From positions 51,468-115,467 of the forward strand of contig CAZVTT010000002.1 of NCBI GenBank assembly GCA_964629685.1: a stretch of DNA of 64,000 bases, written 5' to 3'. Every line of letters begins with the position of its first letter. Positions within the stretch are counted from its first letter, which is position 1. A model generated the notes under the pieces. That model did not search any database. It had not been told where the DNA came from and saw only the letters and a program-made list of their open reading frames with translations. This DNA comes from an uncultured Gammaproteobacteria bacterium. Its GTDB lineage: Bacteria > Patescibacteriota > Microgenomatia > UBA10105 > UBA927. Both the position numbers and the translations under genes were made by a program. Positions 30,437-39,814 of the stretch are shown in pieces.

Positions 30437-31209
30437 TAGGGTTCAAGGAGTTTTTGTTCCGTCAGGAACATAATAACACCATCAGCAATTCCCCGGGCAG
30501 AACGCTCAGGTTGGTCAACAATAACCCGACGATCCGAGCTATTGGTCAGAAAACCCGTTTCCAGAATAACCGCCGGAGTCATGGGGTGTACCGCATGTTT
30601 GTACCTCCACCAGGCAAAGGCGTAATACCCGAGCATATTTCTACTCACATTCGGGTCCAGATCGAGTTTGGTTGTTAAGGCATACGTCCGTTCAATTGTG
30701 GTTGCCAGTTTTACTGCGTTTCCGCTGCGGTCACGTCTCGGTCCGGAAATTTTAAATCCGGAAACGCCGGTATTGGTATTGCCGTCAGCATGGATAGCAA
30801 TGAAGGCATCGGCAATATAGTTTTCCGGAACCGTGGCTGGGATAATATCGACGGTTATCCCTTTACTTTGCAGTAATGCCGCCGTCTCGCCGGCAATCCG
30901 TAAATTTACTTCCCATTCCGTTTTTCCTGCTGCGTTTGCACCTGTGCTGCCGCGTAACCGTTCCAATTCATCAGGAAGTTCTTCGTTTTTCCAGTGTCCG
31001 ACTTGTAATCCTACCCTTACGGGTCCTTCCGGCCTTTTCCACTGAGACAATCCATACGGATCGACTACCGGCGGTTCTAAGTCTTCAGCCACATAAGGCG
31101 GTGCTCCGGACTGAAAAGAGCCGCTGTTTCTTACAATCAATACACTTAAGACGATTATCGGTATGAGGAAAAGCAGTATACGAAAACCAGTGAAGGATTG
31201 TTTATGCAA
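30436..31209 (-). CDS. N-acetylmuramoyl-L-alanine amidase (Amidase_3)
   Basis: FIAIHADGNTN, ETGF motifs; signal/TM; start overlaps the upstream gene's stop. Confidence 0.8.
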   Translation of the reverse strand: MHKQSFTGFRILLFLIPIIVLSVLIVRNSGSFQSGAPPYVAEDLEPPVVDPYGLSQWKRPEGPVRVGLQVGHWKNEELPDELERLRGSTGANAAGKTEWEVNLRIAGETAALLQSKGITVDIIPATVPENYIADAFIAIHADGNTNTGVSGFKISGPRRDRSGNAVKLATTIERTYALTTKLDLDPNVSRNMLGYYAFAWWRYKHAVHPMTPAVILETGFLTNSSDRRVIVDQPERSARGIADGVIMFLTEQKLLEP

Positions 31210-31304
31210 AGTTATTTAGTGTATATCCCATAACTGAAAATTAACTGAAAATATGTGCTTCCGGTGTTTCTGCTGAGGTGTTTTCCGTGATACTATAACA
31301 GGGT

Positions 31305-31721
31305 ATGAAGCTTCTCCGTCATTTTAACGCAGGTCCCATACCCATCGGAATTATGTTGTTGGCCTTGTGTCTGGCTTTAATCGTGATTCAATCGCAACTA
31401 CAACTAAATAAGTCGAAACAGATAGTACCCGTTTTACCTACGCCGACCCAAATACCCGGGGCACATATCACGGTGAGCGGTACGTTTATGTGTCTGCCGC
31501 ATAAGGATCAAACCGGTATACAAACTATGGAATGCGCATTTGGCTTAATGGACGATAACAAAACTTATTACGGATTACGCGATTCCGACCCTGGGTATAA
31601 AAATATAAGCAGCGTACCAGGCAACAGTAGGGTAACGATAGACGGCATGTTTTATCCACAGGACAATGAAAAATACCCAACCGTCGGAACAATAGAAATA
31701 TTTACACTTAAACAACTGTAA
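31305..31721 (+). CDS. hypothetical secreted protein
   Basis: N-terminal TM/signal; three Cys. Confidence 0.5.
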   Translation: MKLLRHFNAGPIPIGIMLLALCLALIVIQSQLQLNKSKQIVPVLPTPTQIPGAHITVSGTFMCLPHKDQTGIQTMECAFGLMDDNKTYYGLRDSDPGYKNISSVPGNSRVTIDGMFYPQDNEKYPTVGTIEIFTLKQL

Positions 31722-31793
31722 TTATCCCCGTATGAAATCTCGTGTGTCTTTCCTCTTGACTCTTACGTAACGTCACGGTTTATACTCCGAAAT

Positions 31794-32549
31794 ATGGAAT
31801 ATACAGTGAAGCAATTAGCTACGATTGCCGGTATTAGCGTCCGAACCTTGCATTATTATGACGGAATAGGATTATTACAACCGTCCTTTCTCAAGGCCAA
31901 CGGGTACAGATGTTACCGCGAGTCGGAATTACTGAAGTTGCAACAAATATTATTCTTCAGGGAATTGGAGTTTTCTCTTGAGGAAATCACAAAAATTGTA
32001 CATACAAAAGATTTTAATGCGTTAGAAGCGCTAACAGAACACAAAAAATTGTTGCAGCTAAGGCAAAAAAGAATAAACGGGCTGTTGGACACAGTGGATA
32101 CCACTATCGCTGCGTTAAAGGGGGGTAAAAATATGAAAACAGATGATATGTTTGCTTCGTTTAGTGATGTGCAAATGGAAAAGTATAAAACAGAAGCCAA
32201 AAAAAGGTGGGGAAATACTGAAGCCTATAAACAATCGCAGGAACGGACCCGCAATTGGACAAAAGCGGATTATAAACGGGTGGCAGAGGAAGGCAAGGCG
32301 TTTACGCAAAAATTGGCGGCCGTGATGGACAAGGATGTGAAGAGTCCGGAAGTACAAACGCTCATTGATCAGCATCACGCTGGAATTGAAATTTTTTACG
32401 ATTGTCCGCCGGAAATGTACAGAGTGTTAGGACAGATGTACGTACAGGATAAGCGGTTTATGGAGTATTATGACGGGTTTAAACCCGGTCTGGCAAAATT
32501 CGTCGCTGAAGCAATTGCGTATTATTGCGACGTCCGGGGGAATACGTAA
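31794..32549 (+). CDS. MerR-family transcriptional regulator with TipAS-like C-terminal domain
   Basis: HTH YTVKQLATIAGISVRTLHYYDGIGLL; long helical C-domain typical of TipAS/Mta. Confidence 0.85.
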   Translation: MEYTVKQLATIAGISVRTLHYYDGIGLLQPSFLKANGYRCYRESELLKLQQILFFRELEFSLEEITKIVHTKDFNALEALTEHKKLLQLRQKRINGLLDTVDTTIAALKGGKNMKTDDMFASFSDVQMEKYKTEAKKRWGNTEAYKQSQERTRNWTKADYKRVAEEGKAFTQKLAAVMDKDVKSPEVQTLIDQHHAGIEIFYDCPPEMYRVLGQMYVQDKRFMEYYDGFKPGLAKFVAEAIAYYCDVRGNT

Positions 32550-32620
32550 CGAAAGACCAGGCTGCTGCTGCATCAGCTTTCGGTCTGTGATACACTTCGG
32601 CAAGTTAAAAATAATCCATA

Positions 32621-33189
32621 TGCCGGAAATAGAATATCCCTTCACACCGAACGAACATGGTATTCCGTTTTCCACTCTCTTTCAGCGAGTTTCAGCGGGT
32701 GAAACAACCGGAACTATCCAGGGCGGATCCGGATTGGAGTTGACGTATGAAGTACAACCGGATTTGATTTATATTCAGGATAAAACATATGCGGATAGGC
32801 TTATGGCCGCTCGATTTGAGGAAGGTGTTGCTCGATTTGAAATTCAAACCCGTGAATCGGAGCTCGATGTAGTCGGTAAAAAAATTCCGTGGGAAGTACA
32901 TCCCGATATGTACGCGCGGGAGTTTGTGGGAGTATCACTCGCTTATTTTGCACGCAACGGATTAACCGTAGACGCATGTAAGGGTATATGGAAACCAGGT
33001 TCGGATAATTATCGACAGTATCGCCAGGAACTACAACTTAATGGAAACTATATCCGTGCAGCTAAGCAAACGAAATCAGCTAAAATTTTTGCAGCATATG
33101 GGTATACGGAAGTGACAAAAGAGGATATCGGGAGTATACCACTCTGGAATACGAGCATCGTGACTGTATTATTTCATAAAAAAATATAG
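32621..33189 (+). CDS. hypothetical protein downstream of MerR/TipAS regulator
   Basis: ATG at 32621 chosen; the track ORF 32470 overlaps the MerR gene. Confidence 0.45.
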
Positions 33190-33226
33190 AAGATTATTTT
33201 GTATTCAAAGTATTTATTGAACGTTA

Positions 33227-34702
33227 ATGGTATTTAATTCGTTATCGTTTTTCATTTTTTTTCCTGTCGTTACGTTGCTGTATTATCTGATGCCGTTCAG
33301 ATGGCGCTGGGTATTGTTACTGATAGCCAGCTGCATCTTCTATGCGGCGTTTATTCCGGCTTATATTTTAGTTTTGTTTTATCTGATAGCGGTAGATTAT
33401 ATTGCAGGAAGAACGCTGGAAAAGACCGCTGGGAAGCTTCGGTTTCGCATCCTCGTAATAAGTTTGGCTTCCAATCTGGGAGTGCTCTTTTTCTTTAAGT
33501 ATTTTAACTTTTTTCAAACCGGTGTGGCTCAGTTGGGACAGTTTATCCATTGGAATTATTCGCCATATTTACTGCAGCTTATTTTACCCATTGGTTTATC
33601 GTTTCATACCTTTCAAAGCATCAGTTACGTAGTGGAAGTGTACAAGGGAAATATTAAAGCAGAGCGTCATATAGGGATTTACGGACTCTTTGTTTTATTT
33701 TTTCCGCAACTTGTAGCCGGACCAATAGAACGACCGCAGCACATGTTGCCCCAACTGCATACTGAACATGTTTTCGACGCTGCAGGGGTAACCGAGGGAT
33801 TACGGCGGATACTGTTAGGATTATTTAAAAAAATGATTATTGCCGATCGCCTGGCCATTCTGGTTAATCAGATTTACGGAGCTCCGCGGGAGTATACCGG
33901 CTTCCCATTATTACTGGCGACTGTTGCGTTTGCGTTTCAGGTGTATTGTGATTTTTCCGGGTACAGCGATATCGCTATCGGTGCCGCCCGCTGTCTCGGG
34001 ATAAAACTTAGCGAAAATTTTAATCAGCCGTATCTTGCCGGTTCAATCAGTTCGTTTTGGAGAAGATGGCATATTTCCCTGTATTCCTGGTTTCGCGATT
34101 ATGTGTACATACCTTTGGGTGGAAACAGAAGGGGAATAGTAAAACAGTTCCGGAATATCCTCATCGTATTTAGTATTACCGGGTTGTGGCATGGCGCAAA
34201 CTGGACGTATGTAATTTGGGGACTTATTCATGGCGTTTACATGGGCATACATATGTTGGGGACAAAGGTGCTCCGGTTTAATCTTGTTCCATCTGTATTG
34301 CCCCAAATAGTCCGGAACATTTTGGCTGTTGCGCTAACATTTTACTTCGTATGTTTTGCCTGGATATTTTTTCGTGCGAATACCCTTGCGGATGCCTGGT
34401 ATATAGCTACGCACGCTTCAGTGGGACTGGGAAGTTTGTTGTCATATATCGTGCACGGGCGATGGGAATATTTTAACGCTATCGTGTTCGGTCAGGGGCA
34501 GGGTTTAGGGTTAACTTTACCGCAAATCGGCATTGCTGTTGCCGCACTTGCGGCGCTGCTTTGGTTGGAATATGTACAGGGAAAAACAGGAATACAGAAA
34601 CTTCCCGTCGTCAGCCGTTGGGTAATTTATGTCGGATTGGTGCTGGCAGTGATTAATTTAGGTCCGGCAAATCAGGTTCCGTTTATTTATTTTCAATTCT
34701 GA
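33227..34702 (+). CDS. MBOAT-family membrane-bound O-acyltransferase (AlgI/DltB-like)
   Basis: FRDYVYIPLGGNRRG; WHGANW; conserved His; multi-TM. Confidence 0.85.
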   Translation: MVFNSLSFFIFFPVVTLLYYLMPFRWRWVLLLIASCIFYAAFIPAYILVLFYLIAVDYIAGRTLEKTAGKLRFRILVISLASNLGVLFFFKYFNFFQTGVAQLGQFIHWNYSPYLLQLILPIGLSFHTFQSISYVVEVYKGNIKAERHIGIYGLFVLFFPQLVAGPIERPQHMLPQLHTEHVFDAAGVTEGLRRILLGLFKKMIIADRLAILVNQIYGAPREYTGFPLLLATVAFAFQVYCDFSGYSDIAIGAARCLGIKLSENFNQPYLAGSISSFWRRWHISLYSWFRDYVYIPLGGNRRGIVKQFRNILIVFSITGLWHGANWTYVIWGLIHGVYMGIHMLGTKVLRFNLVPSVLPQIVRNILAVALTFYFVCFAWIFFRANTLADAWYIATHASVGLGSLLSYIVHGRWEYFNAIVFGQGQGLGLTLPQIGIAVAALAALLWLEYVQGKTGIQKLPVVSRWVIYVGLVLAVINLGPANQVPFIYFQF

Positions 34703-34703
34703 T

Positions 34704-35687
34704 ATGAAATTATTTTTTGCGAAATTGGCGTTCCTTTTTTTCATTATCCTCGTGCTGCAAACACTGATTGTAAAAAGCGTACCGTATCCGCCTCCTGAGG
34801 CCATTACGTTGTTGGATGAATATCGGCACCGGGGGATAGATATAGTGTATTTCGGTGACAGTACTACCACCTGGTACAGTAAGTTTGATACGGATATCCG
34901 CTCGATGCCGGTCATGGTTCAGGATATATTGGGAAAGCCTATCGGGGCTGTGACGCACAATTCATATCATGCCTGGAATTATGATGTGTATACCGAATAT
35001 ATGGTTCGGCACGGGTATAATCCTTCGTGGATACTTATTCCGATTAATTTGCGTTCATTTCCGCCGGAATGGGATCAGCGTCCCAATTTCCAATTTACCG
35101 ATGAGTCCTTGTATTTATCGCTATATAAAAGTCCGTTTCTTCCGTTATTATCGTTTCTCGTAAATATAACGGTACCGGAGATGGATAGACTGTACCGGAA
35201 TATATATCTGGCCGCTCCGTATTATGACGGAAGTACTAAAGTAGGAAACGGTGCTGACTATGAACGGAAGGTAAGTACGGAAAACCCTGACAGTATCCGC
35301 ATGCCGGCCATGGTACAAATGTTTTATCTGGGAGATATTGCCCCCACACACCGAAAGCTTCAGAATTTTATCCGGATCACGGAACGTTTCCGGTCCGGGA
35401 ATACTCATGTAGTATTTTATATTACCCCCATAGATTATCAGGCGGGCGAGCAGTATTTTGGTCCCAGGTTTACGGTACAACTCCGAAAAAATGTGCAGAC
35501 GGTTATGCAAATATTAAAGCAACACGAAGCGGACGTAATCGACTTAAGCCTTTCCCGGCCTACCGAGGATTTTTCCTGGCATGAGGTTTGGTATATTAAC
35601 GAACACTTAACCGCAACCGGCCGGGCATCGGTATCTGCCGAATTGGTAAAACATATGGCTTCCGTTTCCGCCACACGGAAAAATTAA
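34704..35687 (+). CDS. hypothetical membrane-anchored protein, likely the MBOAT partner (DltD/AlgJ-like role inferred from position)
   Basis: N-terminal TM; starts 2 nt after the MBOAT stop; no motif recognised. Confidence 0.45.
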   Translation: MKLFFAKLAFLFFIILVLQTLIVKSVPYPPPEAITLLDEYRHRGIDIVYFGDSTTTWYSKFDTDIRSMPVMVQDILGKPIGAVTHNSYHAWNYDVYTEYMVRHGYNPSWILIPINLRSFPPEWDQRPNFQFTDESLYLSLYKSPFLPLLSFLVNITVPEMDRLYRNIYLAAPYYDGSTKVGNGADYERKVSTENPDSIRMPAMVQMFYLGDIAPTHRKLQNFIRITERFRSGNTHVVFYITPIDYQAGEQYFGPRFTVQLRKNVQTVMQILKQHEADVIDLSLSRPTEDFSWHEVWYINEHLTATGRASVSAELVKHMASVSATRKN

Positions 35688-35830
35688 GCACAACACGTAG
35701 AATTTGACTTGTTCGTATCTCTGCAGTACGCTGCATTCAGTTTTTCAATTTTGCGCACCTTACCATCGGAGAAGATAAAAATCTTCTGCAGCCAAATTCC
35801 TCCAGTATAAAGTAGAGAAAGGTGGTCATC

Positions 35831-35974
35831 ATGACCAGCCGGCGTGGACTGTGTCTGTTAGTATGTGCTTTGTGTGTTGTGGCTACGGGCATTACAGCTC
35901 AATTCCTGTTCGTTACGAGCCAGACATGGTACAGCCAGACATGGGACTGGTTGTACTCACTCCCGTTGCGGTAA
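35831..35974 (+). CDS. candidate 47-aa secreted Trp-rich peptide (MTSRRGLCLLVCALCVVATGITAQFLFVTSQTWYSQTWDWLYSLPLR)
   Basis: RBS gagaaaggtgg 7 nt upstream; signal-peptide-like N-terminus; a 10-bp GC hairpin lies ~170 nt downstream (36148-36183). Missed by the 60-aa ORF track. Confidence 0.3.
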   Translation: MTSRRGLCLLVCALCVVATGITAQFLFVTSQTWYSQTWDWLYSLPLR

Positions 35975-36348
35975 CATGAATTGTCGTACCGGACGATGGG
36001 AAAGGATCAAGTTCTATATCGGGGTACCGTATGCGTGTCTGTTAATTCTCGTGCTGATCATACGGTACAAATTCGGTCGGTTTATTCCCCGGATATCGTT
36101 GAAAAAAACTATATGGCACATCCGTAGGTGATCAAACTAACCGATGCAACTGAAGGGAAGAGGGAGCTCTGGGAGATTTGACTCCCTCTTCATGGTTTAC
36201 GTATTACTGTTTCGGTTTAGGAGATTTATACGTACGGGGATAATCGCGTTTATATATTCCTCCTATACTGAAATCAGCTGAATTGATTTACTAATCCTCA
36301 CCGGAAGCGAAGTGCACTTTCGGGCGGGGATTTTTTTTGAAATACTGC

Positions 36349-36377
36349 TTGACGCAATAAATAATTAGCAGTATAAA
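36349..36377 (+). promoter_or_regulatory. sigma70-like promoter TTGACG-N17-TATAAA
   Basis: ttgacg 36349-36354, 17-nt spacer, tataaa 36372-36377; preceded by a palindrome and T8 run (terminator of the upstream unit). Confidence 0.45.
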
Positions 36378-36795
36378 TACGACTTAGTGTGTTAATCCGC
36401 TGTGATTATTACATGTTGCACGTTACCATTTGAAACACATAAAAATAGGAAAAGTTTCCCCGGGGAACAGAGCTATGAACAAATATTCACAGTTCCGTCC
36501 CCTGGGGAAAACCGGTTTCCACTGTGGGATTCACTCCTCGCTTAGCTAAGTTAACGCCAATCAAAAATGAAGGGAGGTGCCTCGACAAAAAGACGAAAAC
36601 TGTTCACAAACGGTAAAGTAAGAATCGTCAAAAAGAAAGAGGATCACCTATGAGAGCACTGAACAACTCACCCAATGGCGCGGACAATCGGGCGGCTAAG
36701 GCTGTCTGGCACTAGGCTGGCGATGCGATGATACCCCCCGTCAAAAATCGGCTACACTGTCGCAGTCCTACTTAAATCCCTAGGAGGCGGACAGA

Positions 36796-36860
36796 GGAGT
36801 TCGCGAATAAACGACGCGTGGCACGCGAACTCCTTCTGTACTGTTGTCTATTTTTTCTAT
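36796..36860 (+). terminator. Rho-independent terminator: 10-bp stem ggagttcgcg/cgcgaactcc plus T-rich tail
   Basis: Seen directly; followed by ttctgtactgttgtctattttttctattctttattg. Confidence 0.45.
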
Positions 36861-37054
36861 TCTTTATTGTTTCATTTTTTATTGCCCCGTGCTTAATCTC
36901 GTTTTTTCCGGAAAGATGATGTCTTTTTGGAAACAGAAGAGATTAAGCATGGAAATTCGTGTACGGAAAATCCGCTGACCATATATGCATGGGTAGGCGG
37001 GTTTTTTTTGTTTAGCCTGAGTGTCTATCTTGGACGAAGGGTGGAACGGAAGGC

Positions 37055-37381
37055 TTATGCGTATGTATTCGCGAATTTTTCTATTTCAGCCATGATGGGA
37101 AGTACAGCCTGTCCTTTTACGGTTAAAACATAGGTGACGGATAATTTATCTACCGTTTCTTCCTGTCGCCGGATAATGTTATCCTGTTCCAGTTTTTTTA
37201 ATCGATTGGTGAGTGTCGTAGGATTAAGTCCGCCCAAATCCCGCTGCAGTTGGCAAAATCGTTTTTCTCCGTCCCGTAGCGCCTGAATCAGCGCCAGGGT
37301 CCAGTAATCACCCAGCATTTTTAAGCCCTCGGCTGAGCAGTGCGGTTTTTTCCCGGGAGACGATCCTGTATGATTTTGCAT
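37055..37381 (-). CDS. HxlR-family (MarR-like winged helix) transcriptional regulator
   Basis: CSAEGLKMLGDYWTLALIQALRDGEKRFCQLQRDLGGLNPTTLTNRLKKLEQDNII; divergent from the FMN reductase. Confidence 0.8.
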   Translation of the reverse strand: MQNHTGSSPGKKPHCSAEGLKMLGDYWTLALIQALRDGEKRFCQLQRDLGGLNPTTLTNRLKKLEQDNIIRRQEETVDKLSVTYVLTVKGQAVLPIMAEIEKFANTYA

Positions 37382-37463
37382 AGTTGACACTGCTATAAAA
37401 TCTATAGTACTATAAATACTATAGTATTAGGGTGTTTCAGTCAATATTTTATAAAGGAGTCCT

Positions 37464-38051
37464 ATGTCTACGCAAGCATCAACCCCAATTTCTCTTCAGG
37501 TTATAATCGGCAGTACCCGGGAAGGCCGATTTAGCGAAAAGCCGGCCGGTTGGATTTTTAAAGAACTGCAGAAACGCAGTAACGTACAGGCGGAACTTGT
37601 CGATTTACGGGATTATCCGTTACCATTTTTTGAAGAAGGAATCTCACCCTCAATGATGAAGGAACCTTATGCGCATCCCGTGGTGGCAAAGTGGACGAAA
37701 AAAGTCGCAGAGGCAGACGGATATATTATAGTAACCCCGGAGTATAATCACGGCTATCCTGCGGTACTTAAAAACGCACTGGACTATGTGTACAAAGAAT
37801 GGAACAGAAAAGCTGTGGGATTTGTCAGTTATGGTTCGGTTGGAGGTGGAAGATCTATCGAACAACTGCGGCAGGTTGCCGTAGAATTACAAATGGCTCC
37901 GGTTCGACCATCTGTGCATATTACCTGGGCGGAATATATGGCCGCAGTAAAAGGGCAACCGGACGCATTTGCTCCGTTGGAACAGCAGGCAAATGTGTTA
38001 CTGGATCACATCATCTGGTGGACTACCGCCTTAAAGGTTGCCAGAACATAA
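37464..38051 (+). CDS. NADPH-dependent FMN reductase (flavodoxin-like fold)
   Basis: IIGSTREGR...; YIIVTPEYNHGYPAVLKNALDY. Confidence 0.85.
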   Translation: MSTQASTPISLQVIIGSTREGRFSEKPAGWIFKELQKRSNVQAELVDLRDYPLPFFEEGISPSMMKEPYAHPVVAKWTKKVAEADGYIIVTPEYNHGYPAVLKNALDYVYKEWNRKAVGFVSYGSVGGGRSIEQLRQVAVELQMAPVRPSVHITWAEYMAAVKGQPDAFAPLEQQANVLLDHIIWWTTALKVART

Positions 38052-38103
38052 ATGATTTTCCGGAAATATTGCCGGACGCGGCAAGAGTGAGTACACTGAT
38101 AGT

Positions 38104-38379
38104 ATGGAATCGCGTCAGTCTCTATCCGTTTGGTTATATGTCGGTGTGATAGCGATTTTCGCAATAGTGGTCGTATTTTCTTTATATAAATCAAAAAAGG
38201 AAAATGCTTTACGGCAGGTAAGCGATTTTGAAACATGTGCGCAGGCAGGCTTTCCCGTAATGGAATCTTATCCTGAACAATGCCGGACTTCTGATGGCCG
38301 CACGTTCGTGCGAAAGATTACGGAACCGGTTGAAACGACGACTCCGGAATTCCCCGAAAGTGATGAACCGACAATGTAG
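38104..38379 (+). CDS. small membrane-anchored hypothetical protein
   Basis: N-terminal TM helix, two Cys, acidic tail. Confidence 0.4.
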   Translation: MESRQSLSVWLYVGVIAIFAIVVVFSLYKSKKENALRQVSDFETCAQAGFPVMESYPEQCRTSDGRTFVRKITEPVETTTPEFPESDEPTM

Positions 38380-38382
38380 GTG

Positions 38383-39792
38383 TTATCTCTGCAGTGTTAA
38401 CGTTGCGGTAACCGGTTTATCCGGTCTCATAACTGCTAGCACAGCGGGCTCTGGTGAGTTGGTTAAGGCTATGTCGTACCGTGAAAGCGTCATTGCTACC
38501 AGTGCCGGTCCTTCCAGCATTGCCAACGGAGCACCTATGCAGCTCCGTGGGCCCATGCCAAATGGAATATACGTTCCCGCTTTCTGAGATTCGTTCCGAA
38601 TAAATCTCAGCGGGTTAAACTCTTCGGGATTCTGCCAATGACGATTATCATGGTGCATAATGTACGGACTTATAACAATGGTCCGTGCGATGGGGACGAT
38701 GCGGCCCTTAGTAAGTTCAAGCTGACGTGTGGCTCTACGGCTAAATACCCAAACAGGCGGATGAAGCCGCATCGCTTCCTTAAAGCACATTTTCGCCATT
38801 TCCATTCCCCTAAATTGTTCAACTGCTGGCCGTCCTGTCGCTTCGTTCGCCTGTAACCGTATTGTCTTCACGTGTTCCGGTTGGGTATGAAGTTCGTTAA
38901 TTGTCCAAATAGCGGCGTTTGCTGTTGTTTCATGACCGGCGACGAAAAATCCGACGACTTCGTCAATCATCTCCTGTCTGGTAAATTTCTCCGGGTTATC
39001 CCGGTGTGCCTGTATTAAAGATGACAATAAATTCTGTCTATCGGGGGTGGCATGTGCGAGCATGTCTTCCGCAAAAGCCCGTAGATAGGTAATACTTTCC
39101 TGGGCTTTTCTGTAACCGGAAAATGCGAAATTACGGAGTATCCAGGGAAGTCCTGCACCCCTGACGGCATCGCTATAGTATTGAAATACGGTACTTATGG
39201 CTCCCCCCAATTCTTGAGCTTGCTGCGTATTTATCCGGTAATCAAATAAGGCTTCTGCGATGATTCCCGCAGCGAGGTTATTCAAACTTTGGTGCAGATT
39301 ATCTATATGAATTGTACCGTCGGGTAAGGCAGTTCTTTCCCAGTCCGTAAACATCTCACGGGTTTGTCGTGAGACTACCTCCATGTATCCGTCAATCATG
39401 GTACGGTGAAATGCAGGTTGGGATATGGCCCTATGTATCATCCATTGATCCCCGCCGATTACTCCAAACAGATTATCGCCGTACAGTTCCCGGAAAATTC
39501 TGATATCCCGTCCGTCCCTGAGTACGTCGTCGCTATAGGTGGTTAATACTAATCTGATATCTTCGGGGTCACTCAGGAGAAATACGCGCTTAGTTGCCAG
39601 ATCAAATTCTACAAAATCTCCATACTGATCCTGTACGTTTAGCAGTTCATTATACGGATCGCGCGCTAAAGCATAACCGGTTCGGATGGTATCAATGCCC
39701 CGGATGACGGTAGTGTCACCTTCTTTAATCATAATTTTCGGCGTATTGTACCGGAACGTTGCTGATTTCACAACCATTACCGTCAGTCCCAA
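38383..39792 (-). CDS. cytochrome P450 monooxygenase
   Basis: Haem-binding FGMGPRSCIGAPLA (FxxGxRxCxG); EAMRLHPP (ExxR); AGHETT (I-helix). Confidence 0.9.
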   Translation of the reverse strand: MGLTVMVVKSATFRYNTPKIMIKEGDTTVIRGIDTIRTGYALARDPYNELLNVQDQYGDFVEFDLATKRVFLLSDPEDIRLVLTTYSDDVLRDGRDIRIFRELYGDNLFGVIGGDQWMIHRAISQPAFHRTMIDGYMEVVSRQTREMFTDWERTALPDGTIHIDNLHQSLNNLAAGIIAEALFDYRINTQQAQELGGAISTVFQYYSDAVRGAGLPWILRNFAFSGYRKAQESITYLRAFAEDMLAHATPDRQNLLSSLIQAHRDNPEKFTRQEMIDEVVGFFVAGHETTANAAIWTINELHTQPEHVKTIRLQANEATGRPAVEQFRGMEMAKMCFKEAMRLHPPVWVFSRRATRQLELTKGRIVPIARTIVISPYIMHHDNRHWQNPEEFNPLRFIRNESQKAGTYIPFGMGPRSCIGAPLAMLEGPALVAMTLSRYDIALTNSPEPAVLAVMRPDKPVTATLTLQR

Positions 39793-39814
39793 AGGAGGAT
39801 TACCGTAATCGCAG

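Noticed and set aside
35865-36131. 88-aa + ORF from the six-frame track
   Set aside because: No RBS; Arg/Cys-rich. The overlapping 47-aa frame at 35831 has a proper RBS and signal-peptide-like sequence, so that one was proposed instead, with low confidence.
36927-37133. 68-aa + ORF overlapping the 3' end of the HxlR gene
   Set aside because: Overlaps the HxlR regulator on the opposite strand and spans a terminator hairpin/T-run. Likely spurious.
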